Source: Trichinella spiralis (taxonomy: Eukaryota). From it: DNA of 64,000 nt. Positions 11,949 to 24,491 of this stretch are shown one piece after another. Every line of letters begins with the position of its first letter. Position 1 is the first letter of the stretch. The DNA lies in assembly GCF_000181795.1 (NCBI RefSeq), contig NW_003526943.1, positions 2,489,666 through 2,553,665 of the forward strand, written 5' to 3'. A program made the position numbers and the translations under genes. Below the pieces are notes generated by a model. The model was not told the origin of the DNA, did not search any database, and saw only the letters and a program-made list of their open reading frames with translations.

Positions 11949-14900
11949 ATGTCTGTGATTTTCATGCGCAAAACGCCTGGGTATGTTTCTTTGTTTAGCT
12001 TATAAGTCAATCTTCGAACAGCTTTCATTGCAGCCGGCTACGTCAGGGGTCATCATCGGTGCCAAGCTTTACTTTGGTTCCAATTCCGGACGAGGAAGAA
12101 GAGTTTGAAGACAACGGTGAAGAAAGGTGTGATCGAATTAGCCGGTGTGCATCCAGAGACGACAGTATAGTCAGACCGATGATGAATTTGACCAAAAGTT
12201 CCATTTCAACTAGAGGCTCTAAGGTAAGCTGGGCACAAGAGCCACCGCGCAAATTGGACAAACTGTTGAAACACTTGGACACATTGCAACAGCGACTTGG
12301 CTTGAGTCATCTGATACCAGTTGTACTACTTGTGATTTATTCGCTGATTGGTGCAGCTTTGTTACTTCTTGTGGAAGCACCGTATGAAGAACAGATCAGA
12401 CGTGGAGAAAAGCAAACGGTAGAGAAGTTGAGAAATGAAGCCGTAGAACGTCTCGGTGTAATACTGAAAGATAAAGATTTATCAATGGAAACGAAGCTCT
12501 ATGCGAGTCGAGATTTAATAATTTGGTATGAGCAAGGGCTTGGATTTTCCAAAGGGGCACCAATGCGATGGGACATGTGGGGAGCTCTCTTTTACGTTGG
12601 AACAATTTTTACAACTATTGGTAATATATTTCTTTTAATACTAATCTTTTTTGTAGCATTTTTTTTCTAACATTGAATCACAAATCTGTTTAGAGTTTGA
12701 AATTAATATTAAAGATACAATTAAGGTTAATTCATTTGAATTTAATAAACTACATTTTGAGCTTTAAATTTCAAGTGTGAGGCAACAGTATTTTCAATTT
12801 ATGATTTTATTTTTTGAACAATTTTAAAATCAACTTTTATAATATAAAAAATATAATTTGTTAAATATTTTAGTTTTGTTATTTAGTTAAACTTTTGCTT
12901 TTATTATCATATATTTGATAAAACTGTAATTGCAATGATTCTCTTAAAGTATACTATTTTTATGAATCATTGCACCTGCAGATTAATAATGCAGATAAGA
13001 TTGAATTTATTTAAGATTTGAAATGACTTGAAAAAGCTGCACCTAAATGATTTTATGCAGTTGGCTAATGTATATATATAGTTTAAATGTTACAATTAAT
13101 TAAAATGTTTATTTAAAATTATCAATGTTACACTAATTGCTGTTTCAAATGTGTACTTTTCAAATTAATTTGAACAATCAAATTTGATTTATATATCTTT
13201 AAACATGAATGCAAAACGTAGTAAAGAAAAACATGAAAATGCTCATTAAAATAGAATATTTATTTAAAGTGAATTTTCATCCTTTGTGTAAATTTTTTCA
13301 ATGCAATATCTGTTCTAATGATTCAAGCATACTGCGCAGATATTAGTAATTGCTTATTACATTTGATTATTGTCAGTAAAAATGGTTCATTGATTGAATT
13401 TAATTTAACCTAAACTGATTAAAACAATTTCTGCTAAATATCTGCAACTTGGGAAAAATTGTTGTTACTTTAAAATAATACTTGCTTTCTCGCTGGAAGG
13501 AGTGTACTTGGTGAAACATGAGCGAAGATTAAATAATTATTCATGTTCAAAATGAAGCGCACCTGCTTTTGAAATCGCGTCACTTTGTTATTTCATGCTA
13601 AATTTACAATGTAAATTGGTTCCACAGTTTAATTTTCAAGCCACTCGCATTTTCTTTGAAAATTCTATGTCATATTCTATTTCTGAAAATTTCATTATCA
13701 TCAACAATTAATTTACTAGCTTTAGCTTGTAAATTATTGGTTGCTTCTATTATTGATGGCTGTTGTCTATTATTTCTTCTTTATTGATTGCTAAAATACG
13801 GAAATAATGTTCTTCTCTTGCATTGAAGCTGCTTAAATGTAGCAACTTTTTATCTACCAATATAATGAACAAAAAAGTTTATGCATGTATGCGAAGGTGA
13901 ATATGTAAATTTCAACATGCAAGATTATAGCGGCGCATAAAAATATTAAGACTACGTAGTCGTTTTTAAATACTATTTGCTTTTCGTGAGATGCAGCTTA
14001 AGACTGATGATTTATGTATATTTGAAATAAATGTAAAAATTTTCTAAATGGATAACAGTAGCGATTTCATACCCTGCCAGTGAAAGAAACTTAAAGAACA
14101 TAATTACATATATATGTGGTGAAGCGAAGTAATTATCGTGATTATAAACTGGAATTAATTATAATTTATGTAAGCGATCAGTGTAAGTGATTGTATTGTT
14201 ATTTATTTATTCGTATTTATTTAAAAATATTTTCCAATTAATAAATCAGCAATCTAAAATTAATGAATTATTAAATATGGTGAATTTTAAATAAATTTTT
14301 TCTCAAACAACAAATTTTTTGTTATGCGGTGCATAATATTTTGAATGAACAAGAAACAATTTATTTCATCAATTAAAATTTATTACTTTTCTTCCCTTCT
14401 GTGCATATCAGTTCAACTGAAGTTCGTCTATTATTTAAACGTATAATGTCTATTAGAGAGCTTTCTTACAGGCCAATAAAGCCAAAATATTTATAATTAA
14501 ATGCTGACAAATATAAATTTCAAATTTTGACAAGCCCAGTCAGTGTTCCTAGTAATAATAAACATGACGAAACAGAACATCTGACTTTGGCTGATGTTTA
14601 TGAATATTTATTTTTGTCATCGCATTTGATTATTAAAATCAAAATGATGGCCAGCAAGTATTTCAAGTCAACAAAGTGTCGTTGTAATGATGAAAATTTC
14701 ATTTCAAAAAAGTTTTAATTTTTGTACAACAAAATTTACATGAAATTTTCTTGCTCTTCTTAATCAGCATGCTTTTGGTTATTTATTAATGGTTCATTCG
14801 AAGAATTATTTTCAATGTTTGTGAATTATGCTCCATTTACCTTTGTCAAATGTTTACATTTTCTCATTTATTTTATCGGTTATTATTCAAATTAAATTGC

Positions 14901-16597
14901 ACATTTTAGCATAAATTCTATTATAATAAGTTCGTTTTAATGATACAAAATTAACAGTGAAAAAATTCAATTATATCTAACAAATATATCCTTTTGTTTT
15001 TAGTCGAATAATAATAATAATAAGAACAGCATAAAGTAGAAGAGAAACATTATTCATTCAACGTCAATTATATAATGATCGAGTAAAGCACATACTTACG
15101 CATTTGTTATTGCTATTCATCTTGTGAAAAACATGCAATTTAACCAGTTTCGTTTGTTCATTTTCCTAATTTTTGACGTAGCCTTTTTACTCTTACGTAT
15201 TTTCAGAAAGGATGCACGTCAAAGGTATCATTCGAAAGTGTAATAAATGGCAAGTGTAAATGTAAATGACAGTTTTTCATTTTGAAACTTGCCTACGTAT
15301 AAAATCTGCTACATGTTGATTAAATAAATAATATTTAAGACAAGATGGTTGTATTAAATTTATGCATTTTGTTATTTTTAATAAAAATCATTTTCAAGGT
15401 TACGGTAATATCTATCCTCGATCAACAAGCGGTCGGCTGTTGAGCATCGTCTATGCTTTGATTGGAGTGCCTTTGGCTTTGGCGATTCTGAATGATTTGG
15501 GTACGATGTTTTGTAAACGCATAAATCAATTTTGGAGTTGGGCACATCGAAATCGAAGAGATTCGCTCGCCGTACGGGCTAATTGCGACGACTCGGACGA
15601 CAATGACGACGAAACACCACTGGAAGCAATTCCAGTGTGGCTGGCCGTATCGCTTACTCTGTTCTGGATGCTTCTCTGCGCTGGCTTGTTTTGTGCCTGG
15701 GAACATCAGTGGAACTATTTCACGGCACTCTACTTTTTCTTCATATCTCTCAGCACGATCGGTTTGGGCGACATCACGCCCAATCGTCCTCGGCTGATGG
15801 TGCTCAATTTTGGTTTAGTCATGGTCGGCTTGTCATTGGTCAGCATGACAATCAACGTCATCCAGCATCATTTGGAGATGTTTCTTTATCGTATGAGTCG
15901 GATGATAGAATCGGAATACGCGTTGGCCCAAGAGGCGGGCGTTGCCTGCAACGGAGATTCGTTGCTAGCGAACGCGATGCGCAAGCAGCCGTGGTATGTG
16001 CGCCATTTGGCGCCGCGAGTGCTCGGCGCCTCGGCCAAGGAACGTCTACGCCAATGTGCGGAAAGTACGGCCAACGGAACTCCCCTGCTCATGTCAACGT
16101 TTCGACCAGATTTGTACAAAAAGCCAGCCGTACGACGTCGGCATGCTTCGGTGGAAACGGTTCCTCGACGATGCGTCCGTGCTTGCAGCGTGCAAACGCC
16201 AACCGGCATTGGCAGCGAAGAGCGACCAACCCAGACAAAACCGACCACAGCAGACTCAGGTGTGCAAACGTCGCTGATCTTGGAACCGCAGGCGGTGCCA
16301 TTCAGCGACAATGAAATTCAAACTTCCTTGTACTTGCTGAGGCCAGATACTCGTGATATTTCTAGTCAAGCTGAAGCTGAGCAACAAGCTCGAACCACGC
16401 AAACTGAACTGGAAACAGCTCTCCAAGAAACCGAAGTACAAACCGACTCTTCGTATCTACGCAAAGCGAAATGGCTCTTCGATTTGACTCATCTGAAAGC
16501 AAACAGTTTGGAAGTGATGGCTGTACCAATGCAGAGGCAGAGACGGCCGCCGCCTCACTACCAGCCTCTGGACAATCACCTACCACCGCCAGTTTGA
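11949..16597 (+). CDS. Two-pore-domain (K2P / TWK family) potassium channel; exons approx. 11949-11980, 12034-12620, 15399-16597
   Basis: TM1 and cap; P1 WDMWGALFYVGTIFTTIG|YGNIYP (split by a 2.8-kb intron); TM2 and TM3; P2 WNYFTALYFFFISLSTIGLGDITP; TM4; long C-tail. The start exon is inferred from a phase-compatible GT-AG intron at 11981-12033. Confidence 0.92.
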
Positions 16598-16789
16598 AAT
16601 ACCGTAAATTTCGAATCCCCACCCCCAATTTCAACTGACCATTATTTTTACCCCATATGCGGCTGTTGTTTGCTCAAAATCATTTTTAAAAAAATGAAAA
16701 ATTCTTTTCCGCTTTCTTTCCCACGTTCACTGTGTTTCATAAGCAAAGTTGAAATTGCTTTTATTAATAACATGAACAAAATTGAAAAT

Positions 16790-19700
16790 TCACTTAATCG
16801 GCACACTGCGCAGTGTTGGAGCTGTTAAACAACCCTCTTTACCGACAATTCGCAATGGCTTGTTTGCGTAACAAGCCTGGCCGTCAGCATTTACCAACAA
16901 CAACGGTTGCACACTTTCCCAGATTTTCTTTTTTGGATTCAACTGCGCCTCTGGCGTTCCTAAAATGCTCATATTTAAACAAAAATAAATAAGCAACATT
17001 TGAACACTTGCAAATTTCTTTTTCAATTTACAATCTCACATTTACACTATTAATTCTTAGTTTGCAAAAATTATTTATCATTTCAATGATAAAAATGAAT
17101 CTAAAATTGAAAAATCAAACAAATTATTCCGTAACTGAATAGTGCAATAAAAGCCTGTATTCACCTTAAATTCCTCAAAGTCCGCAAATTACCTTCATAT
17201 CCAGGACAAAATATTCGATCGCCCGGGACAGCCCCTTCGGGAGGTTCGAGAATTTCCACTGAATCTTTTGTTGACGCACACAAAACCATCGCTTGCGACT
17301 CCACGCCACGCATTTTTGCTGGCTTCAAATTGCAAAGTAAAACTGCAAACCGATTTTGCATCTGCAAAAAAAACTGCATAATTTGAAACGTTAAAATTCA
17401 TATTCGCAACACACCTTTTCCAAAGGAATAAAATTCACTAAGCCAGATACGACAGTTCGCACCCCATCCTCGCCAACATCTACTTCTTCTACGTAGAGCG
17501 TGTCCGCTTGTGGATGCTTGACAGCTTTCTTTATGAGGCCTACACGAATGTCCAATGAAGAAATATTTACCGCATTCTTCTGATCAGAAGCGGCAACTTT
17601 ATCCATTTTTTCGGCAACTTTCTTTTTCGGTTTTTCCTTCTTATCTTTTACCACATCTTTTGTAGTAGCAAACTTTTCATTTGAATTTCCCAATGAAATA
17701 TTTTCATTGCTGACAGTGTTCAAACCAAGTTTAGAGTACAGTTCACCTATAACAGATAAACAACAGAACTGATTGCAAAATCAATCACTGATTACAAATC
17801 AACTTTACGTCTATCCATCAAAATCTGATAATCCAATTTCAACTTTTCCAAATGTTTTTGCAGCTCTTCATTTTCTGCAGCCAATCTTCGCTTGGCTCTT
17901 TGAGTTAAAAAAAGCTCTTAAAAATATATCATGAAGTACTATTATTTTAGTGGATTCAAAAGCTAACTTAAAGCAGATATTCGATGTCGCGTCTCTTCAA
18001 TTTCTGCAAACATTTCACAATACTTTTGAGAGCCTTTAACTGTTTTGCAAATATTTTTTCCAGATGAAGGAGACTTTTTCACATTTGCCACTTCTGAATT
18101 CGTCTGGAAGCCGGCAAACATTTTCCGAAACTGCTCCACCGTTTCTTTTTCAAATTTCACAAATAAAGTAGTAACCTAAATATGTATATATCAATTATTT
18201 TCATATTTTAGCAATTAAAATAACACTCTTTTTTTACAGCATGACTACAGAATTTTAATAAAATCACATCTATATATTTATATGACACCTAAGTAATAAA
18301 TAAATATAGTTACAGAATAGTTGAAGAGTTTTCTTTTTATGTTTCAAAATATATGAAAGAATCCACACCTGCCCTATACGATGTCCAGGCTTCAAAAGAA
18401 ATTGAAACGAAGAGCAAAAAACCAACTTCTCAAGCTGCAGCTGCTTACAAATTTTCGTGCTAATTTCTGGCATAATTGGATGCACAAGTGCAGCTAAAAT
18501 CGCAACCACATTAGCAACAATCGCTAATACGCTTCCGGCTCTGTAAATTAAAAGACAAAGAAAATATCATTTTGAAACTACAAATTTGCATAAACCAACT
18601 GTCTTTCGTTCTGCTTGATCAACTCCCAAGGACGTTCGCTTTGCATGTACTGATTTCCCAGACGACTAATGTTCAAGATACATTTCACTGAGTCGCGGAG
18701 TCTGAAACCAATTACAAAAAAATAACAAACAGTTTTTTAAATCAAAAATTAAATTACTTCAAATTGTCAAAACAGTCGATATAATTATTCAATGTTTCAT
18801 TCACATTATGAATAAAAGCTTGCAGGCGATCTTCATCCAACAAACTTTCGTCCACTTCAGGTATAACACCATGAAATCTCCGCTCCACAAAAGATAACGC
18901 TCTGCAAAGACAATACAAATTTTCACACTGCCTTGTTTACTGAATTGTATATTTATTACCTGTTCACAAAGTTTCCCAAATTACTCAACAACTCTGAATT
19001 CACTTTCAAAGCAAAATCATCCCAATTAAAAGCAGCGTCTTGTGATTCTGGACGCGTATATAGTAGATAAAAACGCCAAACATCGGCTGGAATGCCAGTT
19101 TCCCGCGCGTTGTTACCAAATACACCCACCCCACGGCTTTTTGAAAATTTCGAACTTTCGTAATTTAGATATTCTGCATAAGTAAAAATATAAATCGATA
19201 TTTCTGTTAGTAAAAAAAAGCATCAACCTGTTGCTGAAATGTTCTTGACTTTACAGTACTGTTCATTTGTAGCAATTAAAGTAGCTGGGAATATAATACT
19301 GTGAAAAGGTACATTATCTTTCCCTACAAAGTGATACAATTCAACCTGAAACAAAAATATACAATAGATTATTGTTATTCATTTTACACTTAAATTAAGA
19401 ATAATATTATTTTTAATACATGTTTGTCGTCCATCCACCATTTCTTCCAATGTTCAGGAGTGTAATTTGCAGTAATTGATAAGTAACCAATTGGAGCATC
19501 AAACCATACGTAAAAAACCTTAAATTCAATTTTTATTGTTTGTTATCAGATTAAAAAAAATATATCCATAATCTACTTGTTTATTTATCAATTTAGCTTT
19601 CTAATTTATTAGTTATTTATTTACTTACTTATATAGTGTAAAGAACAGTTATTATTACTTTGTTAGAAAAGTTTTCCAACGGAACCGGTGTACCCCATTT

Positions 19701-20817
19701 CAAATCACGAGTTATACAACGTTCTTTCAGACCTTCCTTTAGCCACTTCTTAGTGATCGCGATCGCATTATGACTCCAACAACAATCCGAACTAGCCCAT
19801 TGTTCTTCCAAATATTTTTCCAGATTCAGTTGCAACTGAACGAAACAAATAAATTATTGGTTAATAAATTATTTTTAAAATAAAAACATAATTAAAACAC
19901 TTTAGGCAAATCTAAGAACAGATGCTCTGAAGTGCGTATGATTGGCGGGTGGGAGCACAGTTTGCACTTTGGCAACTTCAATTCAGGTGCATTTATTAAA
20001 TGACCACATTTGTCGCACTGATCTCCCCTTGCTTCTTCATACCCACAAAACGGACATTCACCTTCCACAAAACGATCAGCCAAGAAACTTGAATTATTAA
20101 CATAATTTATGTAATGAAATAAACAATTTAAAATGCAAAATTACCGTTCACATTTTTCACAATAAAGCTGATCTACGTTCTTTGTAGTAGTAAAACCGGC
20201 ATCGTATATTTTTTTAAAAATATGCTGAGCTATTCTAGAATTTAACAAAAATTTAAATTCATCAATATCTGAAATCCACAGCCATGCAAGATTGCAATGC
20301 TGTACAATAATGCAAGTAGAAAAGAAAAAATACTCTGTTTGTTGTTTTGTTGTCGTGCGACCAAAATAATCAAATTTTATATTAAACCATTCATAAACAT
20401 CGCGATGCAATTCATAATACTTATCACAGAGCTGAATAGGAGTTACACCTTCTTCAATAGCTTTTGTCTCTGTGGCAGTCCCATATTCATCTGTACCACA
20501 TATATACAATGTATTATAACCACGCAATCGACAATATCTGAAATAAACTGAAATAATATACTGTTATGTCTTAAAAATTACTTAATTTTTTAAACTTATA
20601 CCTCGAAAATACGTCAGCACTTAAAACGCATCCGATGATAGTGCCAAGATGCGGATAGTTGTTGACGTAAGGTAGCGCTGAGGTTATCAAAATGTTTCTT
20701 TCTCCAGGAACAGGAAAACTAAATTCAAAATTGTAGCTTAATGATTACATAATTAATAAATCCATAATTACATTTAATAATTTAAATTCATTACATAATT
20801 TTATCATTGGCAGTCAT
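16790..20817 (-). CDS. MARS1: Cytoplasmic methionyl-tRNA synthetase with C-terminal coiled coil and EMAP II/Trbp111-like tRNA-binding domain; many exons
   Basis: [41 protein letters not shown], zinc knuckle ([19 protein letters not shown]), [39 protein letters not shown]-terminal [44 protein letters not shown]. Confidence 0.96.
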
Positions 20818-21973
20818 TTTTATCGATTTCAACGAACAGCTGTTTATCGCTTCTTTTCAATTAGACTAAAAATAATCAAATAATTAATTAAGCAGCGCTA
20901 AATGTGTATAACATTTCTCACACAGTCAGAATATTTTTTTAACCAGAATTCATTTTGAGATACTGTAGATGTAAACATTAAAACTTTATTTTCAACTGCA
21001 ATAATATAAAAAGTACTGTACTGGTAATATTTAGACATTGTTTAGAAATAAAGCATCAATTTATTTGTTGTTCTTTCGCGTAAATCCTCACTAACCAGCA
21101 TCTTCATTTTCTGCTAAAACGAATGCAAAAAAGCAAGCTAGTCACGATCATAATTTTTCAACTACCAAAACTGTATAATAAAATATGTATTCTATGTAAA
21201 TGTAAAATATGTAAATAAATACATCAAAATGCACTGTTTTATATTACCTATCGGATAAACAGCTTTTATTTTATGCAAAACTGAGTAAAACAACCGCATG
21301 CATGTCACTTTATAAAATAAATAAATAAAAGCATAAAATGTATAAAATATATAATAAATTTATAAAATAATGTCAGTCCTTAAATATTTTAATCAAATAC
21401 AATACTTCTACAAATGTATCAGTATGGCTAATAAAGCAGCAATAAAGTAAAAGTAAAGCAACAAAAAAGCACCATTGTTTCACCACCTACTTTACAAAAG
21501 ACGTCTTCATAAAAAATGATCTTGATGTTAGAATTTATCTCAAATAAAAAAATTACACTAAGCACAAGATTCCAACGCAAAGAATGAATAAATAAAAGGT
21601 CACTGTTAAAAATACTAGCAGTTTACTATTGAAGAAACATAAACATATACATATAATTGTGAAACTATAAATTTTACCTTCACAATAATTTGTCTATAAA
21701 TAATAGATTCAACAAATGCATACCTTGAATTCTAAACGCCGAATCACCAATTGCTATGATTGCTTAATGACGGAGTATACTGTGACGTTGCTTGAATATT
21801 ATTTACTGTAAACAAATTGTCGCATTAAAATTGTTGTGGAAATAAGTGTTATATAAAAGTGAGAATTTAAAAGAAACAAAGTATTTTATTATTTCTTGTG
21901 AAAAATATGTCGCTGTTTAGAACAGACTAAAGTCTTAAAGTTTGCAGTTTCTAAGGTGCAGTGAAAGCAAGAA

Positions 21974-23420
21974 ATGCTTTTGCGCAACATATTTCGAAAA
22001 TTTTCAACAGCTACCGGTGCTGCTGTCAGCAAAGAAATGCTCATGAAACTCCGTAAGAAAACAAGCTTTTCATTTGTTAATTGCAGAAAAGCACTGGAAA
22101 AATTCCACTACGACTTTGAACTCGTATGATCATTGTTTTCACGTGCCCGCATCGTTTAATAGTTAGTAATAATTTATAAATGTGGGATTTTGTGGTTTGA
22201 AAAATGTTCAGGCAGAGAAATGGCTTTACGAAACAGCGCAAAAGGAAGGCTGGCAGAAAGCCGCGAAATTAGCAACGCGTAAGGCGTGTCAAGGTCTGGT
22301 TGCAACATTTTGTGACAAAAATTTCGGCATTCTCGTGGAAGTACGTTTTGTTCAACAGTTTTAATGTTGAGAAAAAAAAATTTTTTTTTGATTTGCATTT
22401 CAGGTTAATTGCGAAACTGATTTTGTTGCAAAAAATGAACAATTCCAAAATTTGGTGCGGGCAGTTACAGTATCTTGTCATGAACAATTACAACACCAAC
22501 AATCATTGTTTCCGAAAAAGGAGTCGTTGTTCAATAAAGTAACTTTTACCTGTTTTTTTTTCTCTTGAATTGGTTAACGATTTTCAAATAAGCTGTCCAT
22601 TTTGGATAAGTGATTTGATAAATTTAAAGATATTTTAATGTCACATAGGTTGATTGATAATTTTGTGATTCGATATTTTAACTAATAAATTTTAATGGAA
22701 AAATGATTAAACTTTAATTTTTTTTATATTTTTTAGTGTAAAATACCATCAGATTATTTAGAAAGCATCGAAGTGAATTTTGAAAAAAATCGGAAACAAG
22801 TGAAAGAATTAATGGCCACATCTATGGTTCACTTTGGTGAAAAAATTAACCTACGACGAAGCACCATTTTAACTGTGGCGGATGAAATATTTTTGGTTAA
22901 TTATGCTCATCCAAGATGTTCTGCAGGTGACGAGAAAATATTATTGGGACAATACGGTGCCATAGTCGCATTTCAAACTGCCAATACGATTGTCGATGAA
23001 GTAATAATAGACGTTCGATTACAGATTTGTCATTTGTCCATATTGTTGTTTGGCATATTCTGTGAAGTTGAAATTTAGGAGGAGAAAAAGCTGATTGGAA
23101 AGCAACTGTGTCAGCATATTGTTGGTATGAATCCAACGTCGATTGGCGAGTTTGATGCTGGTAGCAATGAAAAGCCAGAAAATACAGCGAACAGTAAAAT
23201 GCAGAACGAAATTAATGAAAGTGATACTGAAGAAGAAGATGACGATGATGCAGAATCATTTCAACGTACAGAATTGAATAACGAAACTGAATTGATGCGT
23301 CAGAGCTTTTTGTTAGCTCCAAACATGACGGTAGCCGATTATGCTAAATGCAAACAAATTGTTGTACTAGATTTTGAACGTTTTCAAGTAGGAGAAACGC
23401 TGAACTTGGAGGAAAGTTGA
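21974..23420 (+). CDS. TSFM: Mitochondrial elongation factor Ts; divergent from MetRS
   Basis: Basic presequence MLLRNIFRKFS; UBA-like LMKLRKKTSFSFVNCRKALE; signature LVE|VNCETDFVAKN; GEKINLRR; IGKQLCQHIVGMNP; LMRQSFLL..DFERFQVGE. Confidence 0.93.
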
Positions 23421-24491
23421 AATTATTATTCCAAGTTAACAATTGAAAAATATTAATGTTCAATTATTGTATATTGGTGGCAGGTTTTATTTTTAAGTTC
23501 AGGATTTTTGTAATTGTTTTGTGAAGCAGTAAACATTTGAGCAGTTGTATTTGAAGATTGATTGTATTTATTTAAAATTTTTACGAAAAAAATGTGTTCA
23601 GTAGTGTAAGTCACAAAAATGTGGGAAAAGTGGCAAAACAAAATTATTGTAATTTTTTAGTAGGGGGAAATTGAACGCTTTTTTGTATGGGTTCTTGTTA
23701 ATTGTGCAAGAGTTTAATTACACTAGAATAGTAATTTGTTAATTACATAATGTATAACAAACAGCAATTACTAAAATAAATTTTATTATTAAACAAAATT
23801 TCAGTGATGACTTCTTTTCTGTTCACACCAGCATATTATTTTTTGTCACTTCGAAAATTGCTACGGCAATATTTGAAAATTGTCATCGTAGTGAAAATTT
23901 GTATTATTTGTCATGCTGATTAATGGTCTGTTTTAGTGTAAAAAATGAATGCTATTTAATTCATCATCAATATTGGTAATTAAAATAACACCTTCATTGA
24001 CGAGAAGAAACAAACAGATTATTTCGACTCAGTGATGTTCAGATGAATATTAATTTTTGTGCACATGTAGTATACTGTTTAAAAATATTTGCACTGGAGC
24101 TTTATCAATGGTGATCGGTGAAGTGTTTTATGCTTAATTTGTTTTTTAATCAATGTGGCCAGTATGTGGTGGTACGTAAGCATTGTTTACCGTGAAGAAA
24201 TTTATTCAGAGGCACTAAACAAACAGATGAATTGAGCTATTTAGGCTTATTGCTTTCATACGATTGGACTAAACTGACAAAGTAAAGCTTCATTGTAAGT
24301 GACGATTATCTTCACTTCCTGCTGAGAAATTTAAATACCAAAATACAATCATAAGAAAGCACAACTTTTACCAGGGTAAAGTGATACTTGCTGTTTTTTG
24401 AAAAGAAGAACAGAAAATAATGCTTTTCCGTTTGCAAATTCCAATATTCCAATCGCCGCATTTTGTGAAGAGTAGTAGTGTTAATTTTAAG

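Noticed and set aside
15422..16634. Several overlapping and antisense ORFs over K2P exon 3
   Set aside because: They shadow a GC-rich coding exon with few stop codons and show no recognisable domains.
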